Positions 13,097 to 24,026 of a stretch of 64,000 nt of DNA are shown here, piece after piece. Made by a program: the position numbers and the translations under genes. Within the stretch, counting starts at the first letter, position 1, and each line of letters opens with the position of its first letter. Origin of the DNA: Hyaloraphidium curvatum SAG 235-1 (Eukaryota; Fungi; Monoblepharomycota); contig JAIVFI010000025.1 of assembly GCA_025558095.1 (NCBI GenBank), forward strand, positions 248,001-312,000. Reading direction: 5' to 3'. A model generated the notes under the pieces. The model was not told the origin of the DNA. It did no database searches and saw nothing but the letters and a program-made list of their open reading frames with translations.

Positions 13097-14009
13097 ATGG
13101 CGAAAGACAGGAGCCGTATCTACCTGGGCGATACCGCCGTCTTGTCTGAGGCCATCAAGTTGGACGTCCAGCATCTCATCCAGCGGTTCGTGGCGGTGGG
13201 GAGATCGTCGCGGACGTCACCAGGGTTGCGCTCAAGGCAAGAAGCAGGCGGGGCCGAGCACTTTCCAGACGTTCGCCGACGTCTGGAAACATGAGAGAAT
13301 GGGCCTGGTGCCCCTGTCCTCGTTGGCCGATGGGCGCAGTACGGACTTCTTGGATGCCGTATTCGCAGAGTGCATCAGTACGTTGTCCTAGAAGGTGGAA
13401 GGAGGCTGGCTCCTCATCGCCTCCCGCAGACTGGATGACGATGTCAAAGGATGCGCGATGTCGGATCGGCGGTCTTTTTGCGCTGTACACGCTGTTCCGA
13501 ACGCAGCCCAGCAGCCACGCGCAGCTGCGAATTCGAGTAACGCTCCGTGAGCAGTCGAGTCGGGTGCTTCCAGCCGTCGCTGATTCCTTGATCAAGCATC
13601 CTGGGAAGGCATCTGTAACGCAGTGCGCAATCTCGTTGGGAGCGGCTTCAGCGAGGCCGAAGTTGTGTTCCGGCGATTGGTGGACGGCCACGCCTTCTGT
13701 CTCTCCTTCAATGCCACAGGCCAGGTAGCGGCGCTTCCCATGTCGGTCGGCGACTGGTAGGTCTCTCCCCGCGCGTGCCCGACGGGAGTTGAGCTGCCGT
13801 GTGCTTTAAGGTCGAATTTGGCTCAGTACCAAACCGTGATTGCAGCCTTCGACGAAGCTGAGGAGGAGCTGGGCCACGATATCGTTCAGTCCCATGCGAA
13901 CATCACACGCGATGAAGTCGAGGACCTGTACCGCACCGCTCCGACCCTGGCGAATCGGAGTGATCTCCTCGGGCCAGAGATCCTGGACGCAATCGAGCGA
14001 TCGACGTAG
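13097..14009 (+). CDS. SNAPC1: snRNA-activating protein complex subunit 1 (SNAP43-like), multi-exon
   Basis: DVQHLIQRF...FQTFADVWK...RIGGLFALYTLFRTQP...RIRVT matches the SNAP43 N-terminal pattern; ends at TAG TAA (14007-14012). Confidence 0.75.
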
Positions 14010-14054
14010 TAAGGATTCACTGCGCCATGGTACAGGGTATCTATGCCGATGGAA

Positions 14055-14715
14055 TCAATCATCGCCAAGATGGCCGAGGTGGAGTCCCTGCGCGTGAAAT
14101 GGCCGCGGCCGCAGGTGCTCAACGACCTGCCGAGCAGCAAAGACTTCCGTGCGCAGCTCCTCGAGTTCCATCCGCGCAATCATGCAATCCGTCGCCGACG
14201 TCGCAGTCGCCCGCTCCGAATCGGCCGTCAGCTTCTTGTATCGGCCACGCAGCAATCTTACGCGAGCGTCGTACGCGCTCGGTGCCGGTGCAAGGCCTGG
14301 AAACGGGTCAGAACGGTCGAAACAGGACGAGTTTGTTCGGCGTACCATCCCGCACTTCTATGGTGAACTCGGGGTAGGCTGTAAGGTGGTACGGTAGAAG
14401 GCGATCGATCGCGTCTTCGAGCGACGAGAAGCTGCTTGCGTTGGGCGTCTGCACCGCCCGCCGGTCGGCCTCCCAGGCTCGTCGCACGGCTTCCGACGGG
14501 GCGTCCGGCCGCAGTTTTGGTGCCGGAGGTGGCCGACGGTCCTCGGTGTTCTGCTCCTCGAGGTATCGGTGGATCGCAGCGCGCTGCTCTTGCGATAGAG
14601 TCCTCTCAACGGCTTCGGGCATCTTGTATGTTGCTGAACCGTCCGGGCGTCTCGCGACCGTGATCGGCAGGGCCGCGCCGCCTACGTGCAGAGTGACGCG
14701 ACGTTCCTCCGACAT
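14055..14715 (-). CDS. Small GLTSCR1-domain protein (BICRA/BRIP-like), 2 exons
   Basis: ADRRAVQTPNASSFSSLEDAIDRLLPYHL motif; a 49-nt GT-AG intron with a CTGAC branch site joins a helical second exon (RLLRGRYKKL...RMELEELR). Confidence 0.75.
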
Positions 14716-14994
14716 AGTCCCGCGAGCGACTCCTCTGGAGCACGAATCGAACCATCGGCGACGAGTTCCACCGAGAGCGAAGACCCCGCGGACGCGCTTC
14801 GAGGCAGAGCGCGTAGTCGATCAACTGCCAGCCGATCGACGACGCGACCCGCGACGCGATCACCAGTTGTGTACAACCGCCCGGACTCCCCCGAGGCTTG
14901 GACAGGAGCCCAGTGCGACCATCTTTAATTCATGAACAGAATAGCGTGATAGCGCTACTGTCTTGGCTGGAGTGGTGCTTCAGTGATTGAGACG

Positions 14995-15977
14995 ATGTCT
15001 GAGGCGGACGGATACGCCGTGCTGACCACGGCATCTTCGACCGTGCCGGAGAAAACATTGCGGGATCTGTTCCAGATATTGGGCGAAGTCAGCTCCATAG
15101 TTCAGCGACCGAGGTGGGCAATGTCCCTGCCGGCAATCACGCGTTGAGTCAAATGCTCCGAGGCAACAGTTCCAAGGGGGAGGCTCTGCGGGACTATGTG
15201 GTCACCTTTGCGGACTTGGACGGAGCAGTGACTGCCCTGCGGCTGTCTGGGACCGAGCTGGGGGGCCGGCCACTGCTTGTGTCTGCAAAACCCACGGGCA
15301 CTCTGTTGCCCTCAGGCATCAACCCGTTGGTCATGCAGTACGATCCCGTGAAAGCGGATGAGATTTCCAAAACAATCTATGTCGGAAACTTGGATTCCAG
15401 AGCAACCGAGGAGGAGTTGAAGGCTCTCTTTGCTACCTGTGGGCCTGTGTCGCACCTGAAGATTGCAGGGGACCAGACGCAGCCTACCCGCTTTGCTTTC
15501 GTCGAATTTGGTGGGTCTCTTTGGCCTCATCATATTTGGATTGCTCCTCATCGGTCCGTTTCCACAGCTGCTCAGGAGGCCGTTCCCGTGGCGCTGGCCC
15601 TGACCGGGACCTCCTTGCACGATCGAACGCTGAAAGTATCCCAGTCAAAGAACACAATCTCGAAGCCGAGAACGATGAATGGAAGTCGGCGCGACAATCG
15701 GAGGGCTGCTGGGAGGCACGAGAACGGACATCGATCCGACGAGGATTCGGACCACACTACACAGAGCAGCCGGAGACGGCGGCGGTCCATCAGTGCTGAT
15801 TCGCGGCGACGGCGGGACGATGCTGGCTCCCGACGGGATCGCGATCGTCGGAGGTCCAGGAGCGTCGAGCGGCGGCGATCGCCGAGCGACAGGGACAGGG
15901 AACGGCGTTGGAGCCCGGAGCGGGAGCCCGATGGGCGGAGACGGGAAAGATCGCGAGAACGCAAGCGAGATAGATGA
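14995..15977 (+). CDS. Two-RRM, RS-domain splicing factor (SRSF11/SREK1-like)
   Basis: DPVKADEISKTIYVGNL, AGDQTQPTRFAFVEF, LKVSQSKNTISKP, RS-rich tail. Confidence 0.8.
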
Positions 15978-15989
15978 TCCGACATCCTC

Positions 15990-16628
15990 TTATGCCGCAG
16001 AGCGAGCTTGCTCCCTCAAGCGAAGCCTCCTCTGCTTCTTCAGGTCCCTCCGCCGATTGGCGCGCAATTCCCGATATCTCTGGATCATCTCCGAGTGCAT
16101 CGCTCTCCGTTCGACGCGATTTGGCCGCGGTTTCTTCTCGGCGCGCTCCCTCCTGGGAACCTTCACTTCCACGGGGTCACGTCCGCGGCTGCTCCGCAAA
16201 ATGTTCAGCGTCCGACCCCGACACCATACGGAACCGACCCACCGATACTGTTCCCTCCACGACATGATGTACTTTCGCGCTTTGACGGGGATCCCCAGCC
16301 GTTCCATTTCCAGGCTCGTTGCGGAGAAGAGCCGGTCCCAGTCCGCTAACTTCGACGCATACTGCTCGCACCCGCGTCCAATTGCTCTCAAAAACGCCTC
16401 CGGAGCCGCAAGGGAAGCGGAACGCGGCGCAGGAATGGGCCTCCGTTCGGCAGTCGTTGGCCTGACGCGCTTCGCGGCGCCAAAGTTCGAGAGGTCCAAC
16501 CGCAACCGCGGCGCGAGCTGGGATGCCGTCGAGGTGGAAGCAAGGCGAGTGCATGCCCATGGAAAAGCAGTTTTCGTGAGCCACGTTGGGGCGCGTAGGG
16601 CGAGGGATGGGACGCGCATTGCGGACAT
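15990..16628 (-). CDS. FYV4: Mitochondrial ribosomal protein mS41/Fyv4 (IGR domain)
   Basis: EAFLRAIGRGC...WDRLFSATSLEMERLGIPVKARKYIMSWREQYR; presequence-like N-terminus. Confidence 0.85.
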   Translation of the reverse strand: MSAMRVPSLALRAPTWLTKTAFPWACTRLASTSTASQLAPRLRLDLSNFGAAKRVRPTTAERRPIPAPRSASLAAPEAFLRAIGRGCEQYASKLADWDRLFSATSLEMERLGIPVKARKYIMSWREQYRWVGSVWCRGRTLNILRSSRGRDPVEVKVPRRERAEKKPRPNRVERRAMHSEMIQRYRELRANRRRDLKKQRRLRLREQARSAA

Positions 16629-16699
16629 TGGAGGAGCGTGGCGATTGCGGCGTCGGCGTTCGGACTCGTGCCCGTGTGGACCATCAGCATCACCGTCCA

Positions 16700-17685
16700 G
16701 CAATCATTTAGGTTATGTAAGTGCCAAGCATCCCTGATCACATTGGAGACGAACAATGATCTCTGTTCCACCGTTGAGCAAATGCGGTGCGGCACCAGAA
16801 TGCTGCAGACCTGCTCCAGGCTTGTAGCACCCGCAATTCAAGTTGAGGTCGAACAGAAGGAGGAGATAGAAGGCCCTGAACCTCATTGCCGCCCCCAGGT
16901 TTATCTCAAAGTCCATGAAGGACATACTGGGAAAACGGAAAGATACACGATAGTGATGATACAGTGATAAACCTTTGCACACAAATAGCAGCAGCAAACT
17001 GATGGTTCAGTACAACTTGGACTTGCAGGCATACATGCAGAGGGACACTTCCCAACTAGGGTGGACATTCATCAATCACCAATGTCGGTTCCCAGCTCCG
17101 CAATCCGGGCAGCAGGAAGGCGCTGCTATCAAGGAGTCAGTGGGGCAGCTTGTGTAGATATAGATGTAATGTGCAACTCGCAATATCATGTGAAATCTCC
17201 GGGACAAGGCGTGGGTAGAGTGAAAGAGTCTATGCAGGAGTACGAGCAGATGGAGGCTGGCTCGACCAAGTGCAACAAATCAGCTGATACAGATCATGGC
17301 GGCGGTGAACAAGGTGGCAAAGCGGAAGTACGACAAGGTCAGCGTGCATGAGGAGGCTGATAAGTTCCTGAACGGCTTTGCGGATTCGGCGGAGAGGACC
17401 GAGATTGGCCGCAAGCTGTCACGCCTTCTTGAGCTGCGATCCCTCATGGAGAGAGGAGGAGTGGAAGAAGGAGTACCAAGGGAAGGCGCGAGAGCTGGAG
17501 AAGAAGAGGAAGAAGCTGGAGAAGAAGATGCGGAAGATCGCGGAGCACAAGAACTCTGAGCTGCTGGAACGCCTCTTCAGGCAAGAGCCTAAGGGATACT
17601 ACCAACTGCTTGGGAAGACGACTTATGCGAGGCGGCGGAAGGGCAACCCCGTGCCCTTTGCGGAGCTGGTACGCCACATGGAGAT
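16700..17685 (+). mobile_element. Degenerate LINE-like fragments: decayed family A zinc-finger end, a short minus-strand family B tail at about 17153-17180, and the family A pre-RT linker at about 17210-17685
   Basis: cattggagacgaacaa matches the HIGDEQ region of family A; 17210-17685 is homologous to the reverse complement of about 28602-29065. Confidence 0.75.
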
Positions 17686-19589
17686 GAATAGAATAGAATA
17701 GTATTGGTGACCCGGACCTGCCCCTGGCTTGGCCGCTGTTACACCATGAGTTTGCTGCTAATTGCAAAGTTCATCGTCGTCGTGTGTCTTTTTCACTTTC
17801 CCAGTTTTCCTGTCCTTCATGGACTTTAAGATGAAGCTGGCAATGGAGTTGAGGGCCTTCTCCTTCTGCCGCCTCGCTTTGATCGTGGGCTCGAACTCCT
17901 TGATGCTAAGAGCCCAGAGCCAGGTCTCCATGTTCCACTCGCGGCCTAGTGCTTCCAATCTAGTCTGCAGCTTCTGGCGCCGCTCCGCATTTGCTGAACA
18001 GTGAAACAGAAAGTGTTGTTCGTCTCCAATGTGCTCAGGGTCATGCTTGCACGTTCTCTGCTGCACCTCAAGTCCTTGGTGCCTGCCTGTCTCCACCTCC
18101 AGGTCGTGGGTAGAGCACAGCAACTTTTGGACATCCCTCCGGTGCTTCTCCACCCGGATCAGGGACGGTCCGATGTGGCCAAAGGTCATGTCACACATCC
18201 TCCAAAAGTGCAGTTTGTCGTTGTCCTTGAGCCTCTGGGCATTGATCTCCCTGAACTTGCCCTTCACAAGATTCTCCACAGTCTCCTTGGGCCATGAGAA
18301 AGTGTCCTTCTCCCACATCTCCCTCCCATCTTCGCCGCCATAGTATACAAGTAGTTCCCTCAGGAAGGCAGCCCAGTTCCAGGACCCCTTCAGTGCCTCG
18401 ATCTTGAGCTCTTTGTAAAGTAGGTACAGCGCAGGATCCGCTGTTTGAATGCGCATGAGGAACTTGAGTGCCGACTCGTGGTCATGAACTGCAAGGGGGT
18501 ACTGGCCAGTGATCGCATACAGACAGGCCAGGGAGGTAGACTTGGGCAGATGAGTGACGGCACGAAGAGCCATGCATGTCACTTTGTCCCTGGTGCTTTC
18601 CGTGGCAAGGTACTCCTCCTTCGGCATCTCCACAATGAACGGGTTTTCCCATATTGGCCCACTGCCTTGACCTTTGTGTTGTAGAGCTTGAGCTGGAGGT
18701 CAGGACTCATCCCAGGCTGCTCCCTGATGTCACGGAGCCAGAGCCCATAAGCAGCGTTCATCTTGGCCTCTCTGCCATGCACATGGTCCTTGCTCCGGCC
18801 GGTTGAGGTCAGCTGATACCCCAGAAGCTTGAAGCTGTCAACCCTCTTCAGCGAGGACATCGAGACCGCGATCAAGAGACGATTTCGGGAGATTTGCGCT
18901 ACACAGGTGGTCGATAACGGGAAACTACGGTTCTGGAGGATTGCGGGGATGGATTTTGGACTATGCGAGACCCTGCTCATGGATCGCATCGACCTGCGCA
19001 CCTCTTTGAACCGACTGCTCACCAGCACCCACGTGCTCAACGTGGAAACGCAGCGACAACAAGGCATCAGACTCTGTGAGCGCACTTGCCCCCACCATTT
19101 GGATCAGATTGAGGACGAGATGCACCTTCTGTTTCACTGCTCTGCGTACGATGACGAACGGGAGATTCTTCAAACCCGGACCAGAGAGCTTGGGCGACGC
19201 TGGAACCTGGAGACGGCCATATGGATGTTGAGGAACGACGAAGAGGTGAAATTCTGCGAGGAGAAGGAGACCTTCTGGCGGAGGAGACGGATCTTGGAGG
19301 CTGCCGGCACATTTATCCATAAGGCATTCAGGGCAAGACGTGCAATACCTGCTTTGGGAGGGATGGATGAACAGAGAGACGCTACTGAGGACAACATCGA
19401 TCCGATAGCAATCTACTAATGATACACATCGTGTAAGAGCCAAAGCTTGTATAGCAGGGCTTGAGTTGCACATTACATCTACATCTACATCATCCTGGTC
19501 CCTGCATGTACATGACCTTTACACGGTGAGGTATCCTCCTGGCCATCCACTCTGTCTTGCTGACGTTGATCTCCAGCCCATTGGCACTG
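17686..19589 (-). mobile_element. LINE-like family A 3' portion (RT thumb, zinc finger, 3' UTR, (TTCTA)n tail) interrupted by a family B copy
   Basis: GLEINVSKTEWM and LKRVDSFKLLGYQL (RT C-terminus); CKHDPEHIGDEQHFLFHC zinc finger; (GAATA)3 at 17686-17700. Confidence 0.88.
18862..19491 (+). mobile_element. 5'-truncated LINE-like family B with (TACATC)3 tail
   Basis: VETQRQQGIRLCERTCPHHLDQIEDEMHLLFHC, paralogous to the family A C-terminus; tail at 19474-19491. Confidence 0.88.
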
Positions 19590-20185
19590 TGGAGAATCTT
19601 GTGAAGGGCAAGTTCAGGGAGATCAATGCCCAGAAGCTCAAGGACAACGACAAGCTGCACTTCTGGAGGATGTGTGACATGACCTTTGGTCACATTGCAC
19701 CGTCGCTGATCCGGGTGGAGAAGCACCGGAGGGACGTCGAGAAGCTGCTCTGCTCTACCCATGACCTGGAGGTGGAAACAGGCAGGCCGCACCAAGGACT
19801 TGAAGTGCAGCAGAGGATGTGCAAACATGACCCTGGGCACATTGGAGACGAACAACACTTTCCGTTCCACTGTTCAGAAAATGCAGAGCGGCGCCAGAAG
19901 CTGCAGACCAGACTGGAAGCACTGGGCCGCGAGTGGAGACCTGGCTCTGGGCTCTTAGCATCAAGGAGTTCGAGCCCACGATCAAAGCAAGGCGGCAGAA
20001 GGAGAAGGCCCTCAACTCCATTGCCAGCTTCATCTCAAAGTCCATGAAGGACAGGAAAACTGGGAAAGTGAAAAAGACACACGACGACGATGAACTTTGC
20101 AATTAGCAGCAAACTCATGGTGTAACAGCGGCCAAGCCAGGGGCAGGTCCGGGTCACCATTACTATTCTATTCTATTCTATTCTA
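19586..20185 (+). mobile_element. 5'-truncated LINE-like family A copy with (TTCTA)4 tail
   Basis: Diverged inverted copy of about 17686-18283, with the same 3' UTR ending ggggcaggtccgggtcacc. Confidence 0.88.
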
Positions 20186-20450
20186 AGGCTCACAGTTTGG
20201 ATTCCGGGCACGGAGGTCGACCCTTCATGCGGTATTCCTTGCTGAGGCGCTCTTCTCCTTGACCAAGGCACGCAAGGAGAAGCTGATCCTGGTGTTTGTA
20301 GATTTCACAAAGGCTTTTGACACGTGGAGCGCCCAAGGTTGTGGAAGAAGCTGGAGGAGATGGGTGTACCCAAACAGGTTGTTGACATGTTCAAGATGGC
20401 ATTTGGGTGGGTGTGGGGAAGGCTCCGGGATGAGGATGGCACCAAGTCGG
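20186..20450 (+). mobile_element. LINE reverse-transcriptase fragment
   Basis: SQFGFRARRSTLHAVF...LILVFVDFTKAFD, then frameshifted RPRLWKKLEEMGVP. Confidence 0.85.
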
Positions 20451-20620
20451 ACCAGTGCCACACACATCGTCCATGGTCACAAGAAGAATTGCAAGTCGGA
20501 CCAGTGCCACACACATCGTCCATGGTCACAAGAAGAATTGCAATCTCTCCTGAGTCGCCCTTGATGCGTGTGTACATGTTGGGGTCCGTTTCGCAGTTGT
20601 GAAAGCCACACAGTATGCTC
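20451..20620 (-). mobile_element. Degenerate Ty1/copia RT fragment with a 49-bp tandem duplication
   Basis: GFHNCETDPNMYTRIKGDSGEIAILLVTMDDV resembles copia DPCLY...LLVYVDD; duplicated unit starts at 20443 and 20492. Confidence 0.6.
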
Positions 20621-20802
20621 CAGTCCCGGTGTTGTTTGCTGGCAGGAAAACCTTCCCACAAAGGTGAAAAACCTTCCAGAAAGAATGAGCAGTTTGGTTT
20701 CGGTTTGGGTTTTGGGACCTTCCCATCCAGCGGGCACAATGTCAGGCATGCAGCTTCATCTAGGTCCTGAAAAGTTCAGTGTTGGTTCTGGTCAAAAGGT
20801 GC

Positions 20803-21230
20803 TGGATTCGCCGTGTAGGCAAGCAAAGAGCCGTAGGGCTCCTGCCTCCATTCCCCGTGCGTCTTGGAGTCGCCGTGCAGGCAAGCAAAGAGCCGTAGGA
20901 CTCCTGCCTCCATCCCCGTGTGTTTTGGAGTCGCCGTGCAGGCGAGCAAAGAGCTGTAGGGCTCCTGCCTCCATTCCCCGTGTGTTTTGGAGTCGCCGTG
21001 TAGGCAAGCAAAGAGCCGTAGGACTCCTGCCTCCATCCCCGTGTGTTTTGGAGTCGCCGTGCAGGCGAGCAAAGAGCTGTAGGGCTCCTGCCTCCATTCC
21101 CCGTGTGTTTTGGAGTCACCGTGTAGGCAAGCAAAGAGCCGTAGGGCTCCTGCCTCCATTCCCCGTGCGCTTTGGAGTCGCCGTGCAGGCGAGCAAAGAA
21201 GCCGTAGGGCTCCTGCCTCCATCCCTGTGT
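20803..21230. repeat. Tandem repeat, 7 copies of a 61-62-bp unit
   Basis: tggagtcgccgtg-type starts at 20803, 20865, 20926, 20988, 21049, 21111 and 21173. Confidence 0.95.
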
Positions 21231-21782
21231 TGGCCGCTTACGTGTCCAGAGACCGGAATCCCCGGATATGTCGTTGTTTGCGCCGCGGCCCCTCCTTGAA
21301 GAGGCGCACCGGCGGGCAGTCAGCAGCGTTTAGAGCCAATGCGCCGCGCAGCTGCCTGCTCCATTCGCGCCCTTTCGCACCAGAAAGCGCACGCAGTTGG
21401 TCGCTTGTTGTTTGGCGGGGCGCGTCCACGCGAGCGACGCGTCCCATGTTTGACGTGTGCCGCCGTTAAGTGTCGTGTTTCCGCGCCCAGCGCCAGAGAG
21501 CCACGCGGTCCTACGGCACGTTTTTCAAGCGGAACACGTGAGGCACACGCTGTCGTAGGCCTGCGGTCGCGTCTTCAGCACGCGACGCGTTGTTTGCCCA
21601 CTAACAGACGCGGCACCCCCCGGAGAAGAGCCTAGCCGCCCTGCAGGGCCAGCACAAGCCTCTTGAGGCCAATGGGCTCCTCAAGCGCTTTTGCGGCGTC
21701 GCCTGCCACGCTTGGGGCACCGGTTTGAAGGAGCAGAGGAACTGCAGTTTGAAGTTTTTGCTGATGGAGGATGCAATTGCTT

Positions 21783-21816
21783 GGGGCAGGTCCGGGTCAC
21801 CAATACTATTCTATTC
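21783..21816 (+). repeat. Isolated 3' terminus of LINE family A
   Basis: ggggcaggtccgggtcaccaatactattctattc matches the family A end; the upstream sequence is unrelated. Confidence 0.85.
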
Positions 21817-23370
21817 CACGCTTCAAAGACGTCCAGAAAAGCATGACACTTTTCAGGCACCAACTTCCTCGGTGCTCTCCCAATTGCCCTCAGGTTTAGC
21901 TTGCAAAACATCATCACCTGCTTCTTGCTTTCATGCTCTGGTCTGTCAAATGGTCTTCCGTCGCCGTGCCCATGTGCACAATCCTCTGCATCGATGGTCC
22001 CATTGTGGCCCATCCCATCACCTCTGTGGTGTGGTGCGTCAGCTCTGGGGAGCAAGTCTAGAGCTTGCGGTTCGTCTTATCCGTCTTTCATCTCAGGCTC
22101 TATCTCTTGTTCGTGGGAGTTCACTTCTGCCGGCTCATCTGGCTTTCTGCCTTTCCAGGGGATTTTCACTGTGTAGGGCGCATCATGCTTCACTTCCAAG
22201 AAGAGAATAGTATTGGTGACCCGGACCTGCCCCTGGCTTGGCCGCTGTTACACCATGAGTTTGCTGCTAATTGCAAAGTTCATCGTCGTCGTGTGTCTTT
22301 TTCACTTTCCCAGTTTTCCTGTCCTTCATGGACTTTAAGATGAAGCTGGCAATGGAGTTGAGGGCCTTCTCCTTCTGCCGCCTCGCTTTGTTCGTGGGCT
22401 CGAACTCCTTGATGCTAAGAGCCCAGAGCCAGGTCTCCATGTTCCACTCGCGGCCTAGTGCTTCCAATCTAGTCTGCAGCTTCTGGCGCCGCTCCGCATT
22501 TGCTGAACAGTGAAACAGAAAGTGTTGTTCGTCTCCAATGTGCTCAGGGTCATGCTTGCACGTTCTCTGCTGCACCTCAAGTCCTTGGTGCCTGCCTGTC
22601 TCCACCTCCAGGTCGTGGGTAGAGCACAGCAACTTTTGGACATCCCTCCGGTGCTTCTCCACCCGGATCAGGGACGGTCCGATGTGGCCAAAGGTCATGT
22701 CACACATCCTCCAAAAGTGCAGTTTGTCGTTGTCCTTGAGCCTCTGGGCATTGATCTCCCTGAACTTGCCCTTCACAAGATTCTCCACAGTCTCCTTGGG
22801 CCATGAGAAAGTGTCCTTCTCCCACATCTCCCTCCCATCTTCGCCGCCATAGTATACAAGTAGTTCCCTCAGGAAGGCAGCCCAGTTCCAGGACCCCTTC
22901 AGTGCCTCGATCTTGAGCTCTTTGTAAAGTAGGTACAGCGCAGGATCCGCTGTTTGAATGCGCATGAGGAACTTGAGTGCCGACTCGTGGTCATGAACTG
23001 CAAGGGGGTACTGGCCAGTGATCGCATACAGACAGGCCAGGGAGGTAGACTTGGGCAGATGAGTGACGGCACGAAGAGCCATGCATGTCACTTTGTCCCT
23101 GGTGCTTTCCGTGGCAAGGTACTCCTCCTTCGGCATCTCCACAATGAACGGGTTTTCCCATATTGGCCCACTGCCTTGACCTTTGTGTTGTAGAGCTTGA
23201 GCTGGAGGTCAGGACTCATCCCAGGCTGCTCCCTGATGTCACGGAGCCAGAGCCCATAAGCAGCGTTCATCTTGGCCTCTCTGCCATGCACATGGTCCTT
23301 GCTCCGGCCGGTTGAGGTCAGCTGATACCCCAGAAGCTTGAAGCTGTCAACCCTCTTCAGCGAGGACATC

Positions 23371-24026
23371 GAGACCGCGATCAAGAGACGATTTCGGGAG
23401 ATTTGCGCTACACAGGTGGTCGATAACGGGAAACTACGGTTCTGGAGGATAACGGGAAACTACGGTTCTGGAGGATTGCGGGGATGGATTTTGGACTATG
23501 CGAGACCCTGCTCATGGATCGCATCGACCTGCGCACCTCTTTGAACCGACTGCTCACCAGCACCCACGTGCTCAACGTGGAAACGCAGCGACAACAAGGC
23601 ATCAGACTCTGTGAGCGCACTTGCCCCCACCATTTGGATCAGATTGAGGACGAGATGCACCTTCTGTTTCACTGCTCTGCGTACGATGACGAACGGGAGA
23701 TTCTTCAAACCCGGACCAGAGAGCTTGGGCGACGCTGGAACCTGGAGACGGCCATATGGATGTTGAGGAACGACGAAGAGGTGAAATTCTGCGAGGAGAA
23801 GGAGACCTTCTGGCGGAGGAGACGGATCTTGGAGGCTGCCGGCACATTTATCCATAAGGCATTCAGGGCAAGACGTGCAATACCTGCTTTGGGAGGGATG
23901 GATGAACAGAGAGACGCTACTGAGGACAACATCGATCCGATAGCAATCTACTAATGATACACATCGTGTAAGAGCCAAAGCTTGTATAGCAGGGCTTGAG
24001 TTGCACATTACATCTACATCTACATC
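23371..24026 (+). mobile_element. Family B copy nested in family A (duplicate of 18862-19491 plus a 26-bp duplication)
   Basis: Near-identical to 18862-19491; gataacgggaaactacggttctggag repeated at 23422 and 23448. Confidence 0.88.

Noticed and set aside
14043-14366. SNAPC1 last exon overlapping the GLTSCR1 gene antisense
   Set aside because: It would need a 30-nt intron. SNAPC1 more simply ends at TAG TAA (14007-14012), leaving a typical 45-bp convergent gap.
18829-18880. Twin-priming inversion or head-to-head fusion of one LINE
   Set aside because: Family A sequence resumes after the B tail, so this is B inserted into A in the opposite orientation.
17758-19419. The 291-aa and 196-aa ORFs as host genes
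   Set aside because: They are LINE C-terminal zinc-finger regions, multicopy and frameshifted from the RT.
17686-20185. Interstitial telomeric repeats
   Set aside because: (TTCTA)n and (TACATC)n occur only as 3-4 copies at the exact 3' ends of LINE copies, so they are element tails.
20803-21230. CRISPR array
   Set aside because: Whole units repeat with no unique spacers, no cas genes are present, and the context is eukaryotic.
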